Under the pieces are notes generated by a model. It saw only the letters and a program-made list of their open reading frames with translations. It was not told where the DNA came from and did no database searches. From an uncultured Actinomycetes bacterium (GTDB taxonomy: Bacteria; Actinomycetota; Thermoleophilia; Gaiellales; JAICJC01): a stretch of 64,000 bases of DNA. Where the stretch lies: positions 18,496-82,495 of the forward strand of contig CAVUSN010000017.1 in NCBI GenBank assembly GCA_963744065.1, read 5' to 3'. The translations under genes were made by a program, and so were the position numbers. The stretch's first letter is position 1. The number at the start of each line of letters is the position of its first letter. Below, one piece after another: positions 1 through 8,573 of this stretch.

Positions 1-2
1 GC

Positions 3-248
3 TTTCGCAGCGAGAAAGGCCACAGTCATCGGGAGCAGGAGGAGGTCTACATCGTCGTCGCCGGCTCGGGCCGGATCAAGCTCAACGACGAGATCGTCGA
101 GCTGCGCCCGTGGGACGCGGTGCGCGTCGCGCCGGCTACCGTCCGCGCGCTCGAAGCAGGCCCCGACGGCCTGGAGTTCATCGCCGTCGGCACCGACCGC
201 CCCGAGGGCGGTGACGGTATGCAGACCGAGAACTTCTGGGACGACTAG
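3..248 (+). CDS. cupin-domain protein, C-terminal fragment (5' end outside window)
   Basis: Frame-3 translation ..GHSHREQEEVYIVVAGSGRIKLNDEIVELRPWDAVRVAPATVRALEAGPDGLEFIAVG.. looks like a cupin beta-barrel. GC3 is high. TAG stop at 246-248. No start in-window, so it is absent from the ORF track. Confidence 0.55.
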   Translation, partial: FRSEKGHSHREQEEVYIVVAGSGRIKLNDEIVELRPWDAVRVAPATVRALEAGPDGLEFIAVGTDRPEGGDGMQTENFWDD

Positions 249-269
249 GAGCGCGAAATGCAAGGTCGT

Positions 270-304
270 GAACCTGGTTCCGCAAACGGCGCGGAACCAG
301 GTTC
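270..304 (+). terminator. stem-loop after the cupin gene (14-bp perfect stem, no U-tract)
   Basis: gaacctggttccgc (270-283) pairs perfectly with gcggaaccaggttc (291-304) across a 7-nt loop. It lies 22 nt after the stop codon. Confidence 0.5.
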
Positions 305-654
305 GGAAAGCTCGCGACGGTCGCACATCAATCGTAGGCAGATCAGGGATGAGCGTTCGTACCGCCTCTGTGGCTCTCCCCTACTGACCTGCTTGCAAGC
401 GCGGAGAAGACAGTGGAGTGACCTGCGCCAGTGTTCGGGAATGTTCCCCGAGCACAAAGATCTCTCCTTGGGTGCCGCCGATGTGGCTAACCGCTGGCGG
501 CCGGACCCACGGTGGGTGGCCTCGACATCGGCGTTGATCTCGACGTCGGGACCGTTGCCGAGTTGTCCCGATTCCAGCAGAAGCTCCGTCGTCAGGCCGA
601 AGCTTTCCCTGGAGAGGGCCGCGGACACGCCCAGGGCGGCCTTGCTTTTCCCGG

Positions 655-849
655 TTGGATCGAGCGCGGTCGGCCCACGTTATCGAGGGCTCAACAGCCG
701 AAGGTTCGACCCTCGGAGGTGTCTTGGCGATCTCGCGCACCGATGCGTGGGCGGTCGGAACCATCACGAGCACTCGCGGGCGCGACCGTCCGCTCATCGT
801 GCACTGGGATGGGATCGAGTGGCACGGCGTCAAGCTGCCGGTGAACTAA
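655..849 (+). pseudogene. possible C-terminal remnant of a beta-propeller-type repeat protein
   Basis: The last ~45 codons (..GGVLAISRTDAWAVGTITSTRGRDRPLIVHWDGIEWHGVKLPVN*) have high GC3 and a 'AWAVG..HWDG..W' blade-like pattern. The upstream part of the frame is not protein-like and no credible start exists. Confidence 0.25.
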
Positions 850-858
850 TCCTGGTCT

Positions 859-904
859 GCCACTTGGCGGTGTCAGCGACTGCCACTTGGCGGATCTACA
901 GTCC
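859..904 (+). repeat. two phased 23-bp units of the GCCACTTGG repeat family (locus A)
   Basis: gccacttggcggtgtcagcgact (859-881) and gccacttggcggatctacagtcc (882-904). The array ends 4 nt before the ATG at 909. Confidence 0.85.
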
Positions 905-908
905 CTGC

Positions 909-2327
909 ATGTATTCCGAGGCCGTTGTCGACGGGGCGCTGAGTGGCGATCACGCCGGCTCCGCCGGCCCGGAAGCAGCAGCGGGCGAGGCCGGCAACCC
1001 GGGGTGTGGGGATGCGCTGCGGGTCGAGTTGGCTTCGAGCGGCGGGCGGATCACGGTCGCCCGCCACCGCGCCTTCGGCTGCCCGCACGCAGTGGCCGCG
1101 GCCGAGTTGGCCTGCCGGCTGGTCGAGGGACGCGACCTGCTGGATGCCTGCCGTGTGGGCACGCCGGACCTGGAATCAGAGCTGCGCCCGCGTCCGCAGA
1201 ACCGCGAGTGTGTGGCCCTGGCCGCCGACGCGTTGCACGCCGCGCTCGCCCAAGTCCCGGAGCGGAGCCCGATCCAGCTGAACGATCGCCGCGCCGCCGT
1301 CGCCATGTCCGGCGGCGTGGACAGCGCCGTCGCTCTCCTGAAGACCCTTGAGGCCGGCCTCGAGCCGGTCGGCGTGACGCTTCGGCTGTGGATCGACCCG
1401 CAGGCGCCGGACACCGATCGCGCCTGTTGCTCGCCCCAGTCGGTGCGCGCCGCCCGCGATGCCTGCCATGCGCTGGGTGTCCCGCACATGACGCTCGACC
1501 TGCGCGACGGCTTCCGGCAGGCGGTGGTGGACGAGTTCGTGGCCGCCCACCGCGCCGGGCTCACGCCCAACCCGTGCATGCGCTGCAACGGCGGCTTTCG
1601 CTTTCATGCCCTGGCCGCAGCCGCCGACCGGCTGGGCGCGCCCACGCTGGTCACCGGCCACTACGCGCGCGTGGCGCGCCGCGGCGGGCGGGCGCTGGTG
1701 GCCTGCGCAGCCGACCGCTCCAAGGATCAGTCCTACATGCTGGCCCAGGTGCCGGAGCCGATCCTCGACCGGGTCTGGTTCCCGCTGGGCGACCAGGCCA
1801 AGACCGAGACCCGGGCCCAGGCCCGAGCCGCCGGGATGGCCGCCGCGGACCGGAGGGAGAGTCAGGAGGTGTGCTTCGTGGGCGGCGGCGACCACCGCGA
1901 CCTGGTCGAGCGGCACGGCGGCGCGGCGGCGGCCGGCGAGATCGTCGACGAGGCCGGCCGCACGCTGGGCCAGCACGCCGGCGCGCACCGGTTCACGCCC
2001 GGCCAGCGCCGCGGCGTTGGCGTCTCGGCCAGCCTGCCGCTGTACGTGCTGCGCACCGACGCCGCCAGCGGCCGGGTGGTCGTCGGCCCGCGCGAGCGGC
2101 TTGCCCAGCGCCGGATCCAGGTCTCCCCGGCCAGCATGTATGTGGACGTGACCCGCGTCCAGGCCAAGCTGCGCTACCGCTCCGACCCGGTATGGGCGAC
2201 GGTCGAGCCGCACGCGGACGGCTTCCGGTTGGAGCTCGACGAGCCGGCCTTTGGCGTGGCGCCGGGCCAGGCGGCGGTGCTGTACGACGGCGACACCGTC
2301 GTCGGCGCCGGCACCATTGCTGTCTAG
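909..2327 (+). CDS. mnmA: IscU/NifU-like Fe-S scaffold domain fused to tRNA 2-thiouridine(34) synthase MnmA
   Basis: The N-terminus MYSEAVVDGAL..GNPGCGDALRV..AFGCPHAVAAAE..ECVALAADALHAAL carries the three-Cys IscU pattern. It is followed by the MnmA PP-loop AVAMSGGVDSAV and by NPCMRCN, KDQSYML and the C-terminal barrel. The 258 ORF is trimmed to the ATG that gives the canonical 'MYS' IscU start. Confidence 0.85.
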   Translation: MYSEAVVDGALSGDHAGSAGPEAAAGEAGNPGCGDALRVELASSGGRITVARHRAFGCPHAVAAAELACRLVEGRDLLDACRVGTPDLESELRPRPQNRECVALAADALHAALAQVPERSPIQLNDRRAAVAMSGGVDSAVALLKTLEAGLEPVGVTLRLWIDPQAPDTDRACCSPQSVRAARDACHALGVPHMTLDLRDGFRQAVVDEFVAAHRAGLTPNPCMRCNGGFRFHALAAAADRLGAPTLVTGHYARVARRGGRALVACAADRSKDQSYMLAQVPEPILDRVWFPLGDQAKTETRAQARAAGMAAADRRESQEVCFVGGGDHRDLVERHGGAAAAGEIVDEAGRTLGQHAGAHRFTPGQRRGVGVSASLPLYVLRTDAASGRVVVGPRERLAQRRIQVSPASMYVDVTRVQAKLRYRSDPVWATVEPHADGFRLELDEPAFGVAPGQAAVLYDGDTVVGAGTIAV

Positions 2328-2358
2328 GCACGTCTCCCGCCCCCGATATGATGAACTG

Positions 2359-2736
2359 ATGCACGCCTCCGACGCATGGCGCTACGCGTTGGCCCTGTTC
2401 CTGGTCGCGACCGGGTTGGGCCTGGGGTATGTGTTCCTGCGTCTGGCCGGCACCCTGCAGCGGGTGAACACCTTTCTGGACGGTGTTGTCAAGGAGGTCG
2501 TTCCCATGCTGGGCAAGGTGTCCACCTCGCTGGATCACGTCAACAGCGAACTGGACAAGGTCGGCCACATCACCGACTCGGCCGTGGACGCGACCGCCAA
2601 GGTGGATCAGACCGTGCGCGCCGTCTCCGACCTGATCTCAAAGCCGGTCAAGGCGGCCTCCGGCGTGTCGGCCGGGATCAAGCACAGCTGGGACTCGCTG
2701 CGGGCCAAACGCGGCCAGCGCGGCGGCGTCGTTTAG
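2359..2736 (+). CDS. DUF948-like small membrane protein
   Basis: One N-terminal TM (WRYALALFLVATGLGLGYVFL), then a coiled region (VVKEVVPMLGKVSTSLDHVNSELDKVGHITDSAVDATAKV) as in DUF948/YtxH-type proteins. Start chosen at ATG 2359 inside ORF 2251..2736. Confidence 0.55.
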   Translation: MHASDAWRYALALFLVATGLGLGYVFLRLAGTLQRVNTFLDGVVKEVVPMLGKVSTSLDHVNSELDKVGHITDSAVDATAKVDQTVRAVSDLISKPVKAASGVSAGIKHSWDSLRAKRGQRGGVV

Positions 2737-2740
2737 TCCC

Positions 2741-3004
2741 ATGCGCTTGACGACGCTGGTTGGAGTGGGCGCGCTGGCGGTGTTGGGCGCCCGCCGGTTG
2801 CAGGAGGTGGCCGAGCAGGAGGGCGTTCCGCTGGGTGACCTGGTGGCCGACCTGCCGCGCCGGCTGTCGGACGACCTGGCCACCCTGCCCGACGACCTGC
2901 GGATGGCGGTCAGAGAGGGCAAGCTGGCCGCCCAGCGGCAGATGCGGGCGCTGGACGAGCAGATGCGCTCGGCGGGCACCGGCAGCGACGCTTCGAGCGC
3001 CTAG
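2741..3004 (+). CDS. hypothetical small protein (N-terminal hydrophobic segment, charged tail)
   Basis: 87-aa ORF 5 nt after the previous gene. High GC3. No recognisable family. Confidence 0.4.
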   Translation: MRLTTLVGVGALAVLGARRLQEVAEQEGVPLGDLVADLPRRLSDDLATLPDDLRMAVREGKLAAQRQMRALDEQMRSAGTGSDASSA

Positions 3005-3315
3005 TCGACCATGCGGGCGATCAGCTCGCGGCGGCTGACCAGCCGCTTGGGCTCGCCCGAAAGCCGCACCTCAAACCCTGATCCACGCGGGTACAGCACC
3101 TTGTCGCCCGGCGCCACCCCGTGCACGTCGTCGCCGATCGCCACCACCACGCCGGGTGCGCAGGCCGATTCGGCGCTGGCCGGGATGATCAGGCCGTGTG
3201 AGGTCTCGGTCTCGTCGTCCACCGGCTCGATCAGCACGAACTCGTCCAGCGGCTCGATCCCGCGGGATCCGGGCTGGGCGCGTTCGAAGCGAGACAGCGT
3301 GTCGTCGCCGTGCAT
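3001..3315 (-). CDS. GroES/Cpn10-family co-chaperonin-like protein (orphan, no groEL nearby)
   Basis: IEPLDEFVLIEPVDDETETSHGLIIPASAES..GVVVAIGDDVHGVAPGDKVLYPRGSGFEVRL..LVSRRELIARM aligns with the GroES pattern (IKPLGDRVLV..SGLVIP....G.VVAVG....VKVGD.VLF). Confidence 0.7.
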   Translation of the reverse strand: MHGDDTLSRFERAQPGSRGIEPLDEFVLIEPVDDETETSHGLIIPASAESACAPGVVVAIGDDVHGVAPGDKVLYPRGSGFEVRLSGEPKRLVSRRELIARMVD

Positions 3316-3345
3316 GGACCGAATTCTACCGGGCCGGGCGGGAGA

Positions 3346-3804
3346 TCACTGCTCGCCGCTGGCCGCGCCGCGGGCGGAGGCCACAGCGCGCTCCAGATCC
3401 GACAGCAGATCCCCCAGCGCGAACGGCTTTTCGTGGAACGCGAACATGCCCAGCGACTGGCCGCGACGGCGGGCCGGAGCGTCGGCCACCACCGAGGTCA
3501 GCACCACCGGGCAGCGGATGTGCTCGTCGCCCATCCGCTCGAGCAGTGCGAACCCATCCAGTACGGGCATCCGCACATCGACGATGGCGGCGTCGAACGG
3601 CTGCTCCTCGAGCAGTATCAGCGCCTGCTCGCCGTCGGCGGCCTCCGACACCGCGTAGCCCTCGGCCGCCAGCGTGTCGCACAGCGCCAGCCGCAGGTCG
3701 GGGTGGTCGTCCACCACCAGCACTCGCGGGGTGCCGGGACGCCCCGTGATCTCCGGATCGGTGTTCACCCGCATGCCATCGACCGCAGCTGTTGCGCGAT
3801 TCAT
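3346..3804 (-). CDS. single-domain response regulator (CheY-like receiver)
   Basis: RVLVVDDHPDLRLAL..FDAAIVDVRMPVLDGFALLERM..VVLTS..KPF has the receiver-domain acidic pocket, phospho-Asp and conserved Thr/Lys positions. No output domain and no adjacent kinase. Confidence 0.8.
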   Translation of the reverse strand: MNRATAAVDGMRVNTDPEITGRPGTPRVLVVDDHPDLRLALCDTLAAEGYAVSEAADGEQALILLEEQPFDAAIVDVRMPVLDGFALLERMGDEHIRCPVVLTSVVADAPARRRGQSLGMFAFHEKPFALGDLLSDLERAVASARGAASGEQ

Positions 3805-3865
3805 CCACGATTTGCGGTATCCACCCGCCCCGAGTCGCGTAAACGCCTGCCGATAAGATGCCCCG

Positions 3866-6444
3866 ATGCGCTCAGACGAGATCCGAAGCCGCTTCCTGGG
3901 CTATTTCACCGGCCGCGACCACCTGCGCCTGGACTCCGGCTCGCTGGTGCCGCCGGCCTGGGACACCAGCGTGCTCATCACCACCGCCGGCATGCAGCCG
4001 CTCAAGCAGTACTTCCTGGGCCTGGAGCCGCCGCCCCGGCCGCGCCTGACCAGCATTCAGAAGTGTTTTCGCACGGTGGACATCGACGAGGTGGGGCGGA
4101 CCGCCCGCCACCTGACCTTCTTCGAGATGCTGGGCAACTTCTCGATCGGCGACTACTTCAAGCCGCTGGCGGTGGCCTCGGCGTTCGAGCTCTCCGATCT
4201 CCGCCGACGGTTTCGGACTGGATCCGGACAAGATCTGGATCAGCGTCTACCGCGGCGACGAGCAGGTGCCGGCCGACGAGGAGGCGATCAGCCTGTGGCG
4301 CGAGATCGGCATCCCGGCCGAGCGGATCGTGCAGCTGGGCGGCGATAACTTCTGGCAGGCGGGCCCGGTGGGGCCGTGCGGGCCGTGTTCGGAGCTCTAC
4401 TACGACCGCGGCGAGCGGCTCGGCTGCGGCCGTCCGGAGTGCGCACCGGGCTGCGACTGCGACCGCTTCCTGGAGTTCTGGAATCTGGTCTTCATGCAGT
4501 ACAACATGCTGGACGGCGGCAGATTGGAGCCGCTGCCCCGGCCCAGCATCGACACCGGCTCGGGCGTCGAGCGGGTGGCCGCGCTGGTGCAGGGCACCGA
4601 CACGGTGTTCGAGACCGACATCTTCGCCGGCGTGATCGAGGCCGTGTGCGGCTGGAGCGGGGCGACCATGGGCGGCGACGATCCGGCCCAGGCCAAGTCG
4701 CTGCAAGGTGATCGCAGACCACGGCCGCGGCATGGCCTTCCTGGCCACCGACGGCGTCGAGCCCGACCGCGAGGGGCGCGGCTACGTGCTTCGCCGGATC
4801 ATCCGCCGGGCCGTCCTGCACGGCTCCCGGATCGGCCTGGATGAGCCATTCCTGGCCCGCCTGCACGGGAGGGTGGTGGAGCTGATGGGCGACGCCTATC
4901 CCGAGCTGCGGCGCGATGCCGACCGGGTGGCGGCGGTGCTCGAGGCCGAGGAGACGCGGTTTGCCGGCACGCTGGAGACCGGCGGCCGGATGCTGGACGA
5001 GATCCTGGCCCGGGGCGGCGACGTGTCGGCCGACGATGCCTTCCAGCTGCACGACACCTACGGCTTCCCGTTCGAGCTGACCGCCGAGATCGCCGCCGAG
5101 CGCGGCCGCTCGGTGGACGAGGCCGGCTTCGCCGAGCTGATGAACGAGCAGCGCCAGCGGGCGCGGGCCGCGGGCGCCTCTCGGCCGGCCGACGACGCCG
5201 GCGTTTTTGCCCGGGAGGCCGGCTTCACCAGCGAGTTCGTGGGCTACGAGTCGCTGGATGTGACCACCCAGGTGGGGGCGCTGCGGGAGGCCGGCGACGG
5301 CACGCTGTGGGTGAAGCTGCGCGAGTCGCCGTTCTACGCCCGCGGCGGCGGCCAGGTGGCCGACGCCGGCTGGATCGAGTCGGAGACCGCTCGTGCCGCC
5401 GTCGAGGATGTGATCCGGCTGGACGACGATCAACTGCTGGTCGTGCGCCCGGAGCGCGGAGAGCTGCACCAGGGTGATCGCGTGCGGGCCCGGGTGGACG
5501 CGGCCCGCCGCCGCCCGACCATGGCCAACCACACCGCCACCCATCTACTTCACCGCGCGCTGCGCGGGGTGCTGGGCGAGCACGTCACCCAGGCCGGCTC
5601 CTACGTCGGTCCGGACAAGCTGCGTTTCGACTTCCGCCACCCGGCGCCGCTGGAGCCCGAGCAGCTGGCCGCGGTCGAGCAGCGGGTGAACGACGACGTG
5701 GTCGCCAACCACCCCCTGCACACCTTCATCACCACCCAGGATCACGCCCGCCAGCTGGGGGCCATGATGCTCTTCGGGGAGAAGTACGGCGAGCACGTGA
5801 GGGTGGTCGAGGTGGACGGCATCTCCCGCGAGCTATGCGGCGGCACCCATGTGCGCTCGACGGCCGAGGTGGGCCCGTTCGTGGTGCTGCGCGAGACCAG
5901 TTCCTCGCAGGGCGTGCGCAGGATCGAGGCCATCTCCTCGGCGGTCGCCCTGGAGCACCTGCGAAGCCGAGCCCGGGATGCCGACCGGTTGGCTGCCGAG
6001 TTGGCCGAGCGCGACACCGAGCTGCGCCGGCTGCGTACCCGCGGCGGCGGCCTGGGGCCGGACTCGGCGAACGGCGAGGCCGAGCTTGTCGCCTCCGCGG
6101 TCGAGCTGGGCGGGGTGCAGGTGGTGGCGGCAGCCATCGAGGGCGTCGACTCCGAGTCGCTGCTTCGCACCTCCGACCGGCTGAAGGCGCGGCTGGGGCC
6201 GGCTGTGGTGGTGCTGGGCAGCTCGTCCGGCGGCAAGGTGCATCTGGTGGCCAGCGTCGATCAATCGGCCGTCGATCGCGGGCTGTCGGCCGTGGAGGTG
6301 ATCCGCCAGGTGGCGCCGATCGTGGGCGGCGGCGGCGGCGGCCGACCGACCATGGCCCGGGCCGGCGGCAGCGAACCGGCCGGGCTGGAACAGGCTGTGG
6401 CCCAGGCCAAGGCGTTGGTGCTGGAGAAGCTCGGCGCGGCATGA
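3866..6444 (+). CDS. alaS: alanine--tRNA ligase, interrupted by two frameshifts as assembled
   Basis: [39 protein letters not shown], then [31 protein letters not shown], then (SLR)[12 protein letters not shown].. to the C-terminal DHHA1-like end. The recognisable sequence moves between ORFs 3866.., 4266.. and 4708..6444 at ~4190-4200 and ~4704-4707. Confidence 0.9.
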
Positions 6445-6824
6445 GGGTGCTGGCACTGGACTACGGGCGTGCGCGCACGGGACTGGCCGTGTCGGACGCC
6501 ACCGGCACGCTGGCCCGCCCGGTGGGGGTCGTCACCCGCGTGCGCTCCAAGGCCGGCCGGGCTGAGCTCCTGCGCAGGATCCGCGAGTTGGAGCCAGAAC
6601 GTGTGGTGGTGGGGATGCCGATCACCCTGCGCGGCCAGCGCGGTCGTCAGGCGGGCGAGACCGAGGCCTTCGTGGCCGAGCTGCGGGCCGTCTGCCCGGT
6701 GCCGGTGGAGACGCTGGACGAGCGTTATACGACCGCCCTGGCCGTTCGTCTAAACGGCACCGATGATGATGCGGTGGCTGCCGCCCACCTGCTCAAGGGG
6801 TATCTGGAGCGATTCGCCGGCTGA
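6441..6824 (+). CDS. ruvX: Holliday-junction resolvase-like nuclease YqgF/RuvX
   Basis: [19 protein letters not shown]...VVVGMPITLRG..DERYTT. The ATG overlaps the alaS stop (ATGA). Confidence 0.85.
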   Translation: MRVLALDYGRARTGLAVSDATGTLARPVGVVTRVRSKAGRAELLRRIRELEPERVVVGMPITLRGQRGRQAGETEAFVAELRAVCPVPVETLDERYTTALAVRLNGTDDDAVAAAHLLKGYLERFAG

Positions 6825-6841
6825 TCCTCCTCGTCTGCCTG

Positions 6842-7798
6842 GTGGCCGCGGTCGTTGTCGTCGTGTCGGAGGCGCGCGGCATCTTCGCCTCCACCACGAA
6901 GCCCGGCGCCGACCCGCACGGCGCGGCGCTGAGCGTGGTCATCCCGCGCGGCACCGACGCGGCCGGGATCGCCGACATCCTGGCCACGGCCGGGGTGATC
7001 ACCGACGCCGGGCGCTTCCGGGACTACGCCAAGGCGCAGGGCGAGGGCTCGGACTTCCACGCCGGCACCTACGCGATCCGGGCCGGCACCGACTGGGACG
7101 CCATCATGTCCCGCCTGGATGCCGGGCCGGTGCCGATCGCGACGCACAAGCTGCTGATTCCGGAGGGCTTCCGAAACACCCAGATCGCGGCCCGGCTGCC
7201 GTCGGTCGGGATCAACCCGAGGGCGTGGACGAAGGCGGTCGAGCAGGCGGTGCCGCCGCCCGGCTTCGGCCACCACCAGAACATGGAGGGGTTCATGTTC
7301 CCGGCCACCTACTCGGTGACCAGGCACGAGCCGGCGACGCTGCTGGTCGCCCAGCAGCTGGCGGCCTTCCGCGACAACTTCGCCCAGGTCAGCCTGACCT
7401 ACGCGCGGTCGAAGAACTTGACGCCCTATGACGTGCTGATCATCGCCTCGATGATCGAGCGCGAGGCCCGCACGCCGGGCGATCGGGCCAAGGTGGCGGC
7501 GGTCATCTACAACCGGCTGGCGCGCGGCATGGCGCTTGGCATCGACGCCACCATCCTCTACCACCTGGGGTCATGGTCGGCGGTCATTCACCAGAGCGAC
7601 ATCGACAGCCTGGAGCCGTACAACACCCGCCGCCACACGGGGCTCCCGCCCACCCCGATCTGCGACCCCGGGCTGGCCTCGATCCAGGCGGCTGCACACC
7701 CGGCGCATGTCGGCTACCTGTACTACGTGGCCATCCCGGGCAAGGCGGCCATGTACTTCACCTCGAGCTACGCGGCGTTCAAGGCACATGGGGGGTGA
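6842..7798 (+). CDS. mltG: endolytic murein transglycosylase MltG (YceG-like)
   Basis: LLIPEGFRNTQIA..MEGFMFPATY..IIASMIEREA..VIYNRL..LGIDATILY..YNTRRHTGLPPTPICDPG. The TM helix (LILLVCLVAAVVVVV) starts upstream of the first GTG (6842) with no canonical start, so the N-terminus is uncertain. Confidence 0.85.
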   Translation: MAAVVVVVSEARGIFASTTKPGADPHGAALSVVIPRGTDAAGIADILATAGVITDAGRFRDYAKAQGEGSDFHAGTYAIRAGTDWDAIMSRLDAGPVPIATHKLLIPEGFRNTQIAARLPSVGINPRAWTKAVEQAVPPPGFGHHQNMEGFMFPATYSVTRHEPATLLVAQQLAAFRDNFAQVSLTYARSKNLTPYDVLIIASMIEREARTPGDRAKVAAVIYNRLARGMALGIDATILYHLGSWSAVIHQSDIDSLEPYNTRRHTGLPPTPICDPGLASIQAAAHPAHVGYLYYVAIPGKAAMYFTSSYAAFKAHGG

Positions 7799-8573
7799 GC
7801 GGCGGCGGGCGGCGGTGATCGGGCACCCGGTCGCGCACTCCCGTTCGCCGCACATGCACAACGCCGCCTACCGAGCGCTGGGCATGGACTGGAGCTACGA
7901 GGCGGTGGACGTGGCACGCGGCGACCTGGAGGCGTTCGTGCGCGGCATGGCGCAGGCCGGCTATGCCGGGATCAACGTCACCATTCCCCACAAGCGGGCC
8001 GTGCTGGGGCTGTGCGACGAGGTGGCGCCGGCCGCGGCCCGGGCCGGATCGGTGAACACGATCCTGGTCGGCGACGATGGCCGGCTGACCGGGCACTCGA
8101 CGGACGGGCGCGGGCTTGTGTGGGCGCTGGGCGACATCCAGCCAACGACTGCCCTGGTGCTCGGGTCGGGAGGTGCTGCGCGGGCTGCGGTGGAGACGCT
8201 GAAGGATGCTGGCTGGTCGGTGCGGGTCTCGGCCCGCAATCAGAACGCCGCGCGCGACCTCGACGCCGAGCGGGAGACCTGGCCGGCCCGACGGGCGGCG
8301 CCGCTGGTGGTCAACGCCACCCCCATCGGGCAGGTCTGGGACCCGGCGGACATGCCGATCGCTCCGTGGTTGATCGAGCTCGGGGCGACCGTCTGCGACC
8401 TGGCCTACCGCGGCGATGGCGACCCGACGCTGCTGTGTCTGGCGGCCGCAGCCCAGGGGGCCCATGTGGTGGACGGCCTGGAGGTGCTGATCGGCCAGGG
8501 CATCTACGCGTTCGAGCTGCTGACCGGCCGGCCGGCGCCGGTCGAGGTCATGCGATCGGCCGCCCGAGCCTGA
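7788..8573 (+). CDS. aroE: shikimate dehydrogenase
   Basis: AAVIGHPVAHSRSPHMHNAAY..GINVTIPHK..NTI..GHSTDG..LVLGSGGAARA..NATPIG. Start set at ATG 7788 within ORF 7536..8573. Confidence 0.85.
   Translation: MGGERRRAAVIGHPVAHSRSPHMHNAAYRALGMDWSYEAVDVARGDLEAFVRGMAQAGYAGINVTIPHKRAVLGLCDEVAPAAARAGSVNTILVGDDGRLTGHSTDGRGLVWALGDIQPTTALVLGSGGAARAAVETLKDAGWSVRVSARNQNAARDLDAERETWPARRAAPLVVNATPIGQVWDPADMPIAPWLIELGATVCDLAYRGDGDPTLLCLAAAAQGAHVVDGLEVLIGQGIYAFELLTGRPAPVEVMRSAARA

Noticed and set aside
680-730. tRNA-like T-arm sequence (..gccgaaggttcgaccctcgg..)
   Set aside because: Only a GGTTCGA-like loop with a 5-6 bp stem is present. No acceptor, D or anticodon arms can be drawn around it, and it lies inside the decayed protein-coding remnant.
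245-833. Minus-strand ORFs 245..628 and 381..833, and the N-terminal 217 codons of ORF 258..2327, as real genes in the cupin-mnmA spacer
   Set aside because: The translations lack any motif or hydrophobic pattern, the ORFs overlap each other in several frames, and the IscU domain has its canonical MYS start at 909. The spacer is better explained as a decayed or non-coding region containing a terminator hairpin and a gene remnant.
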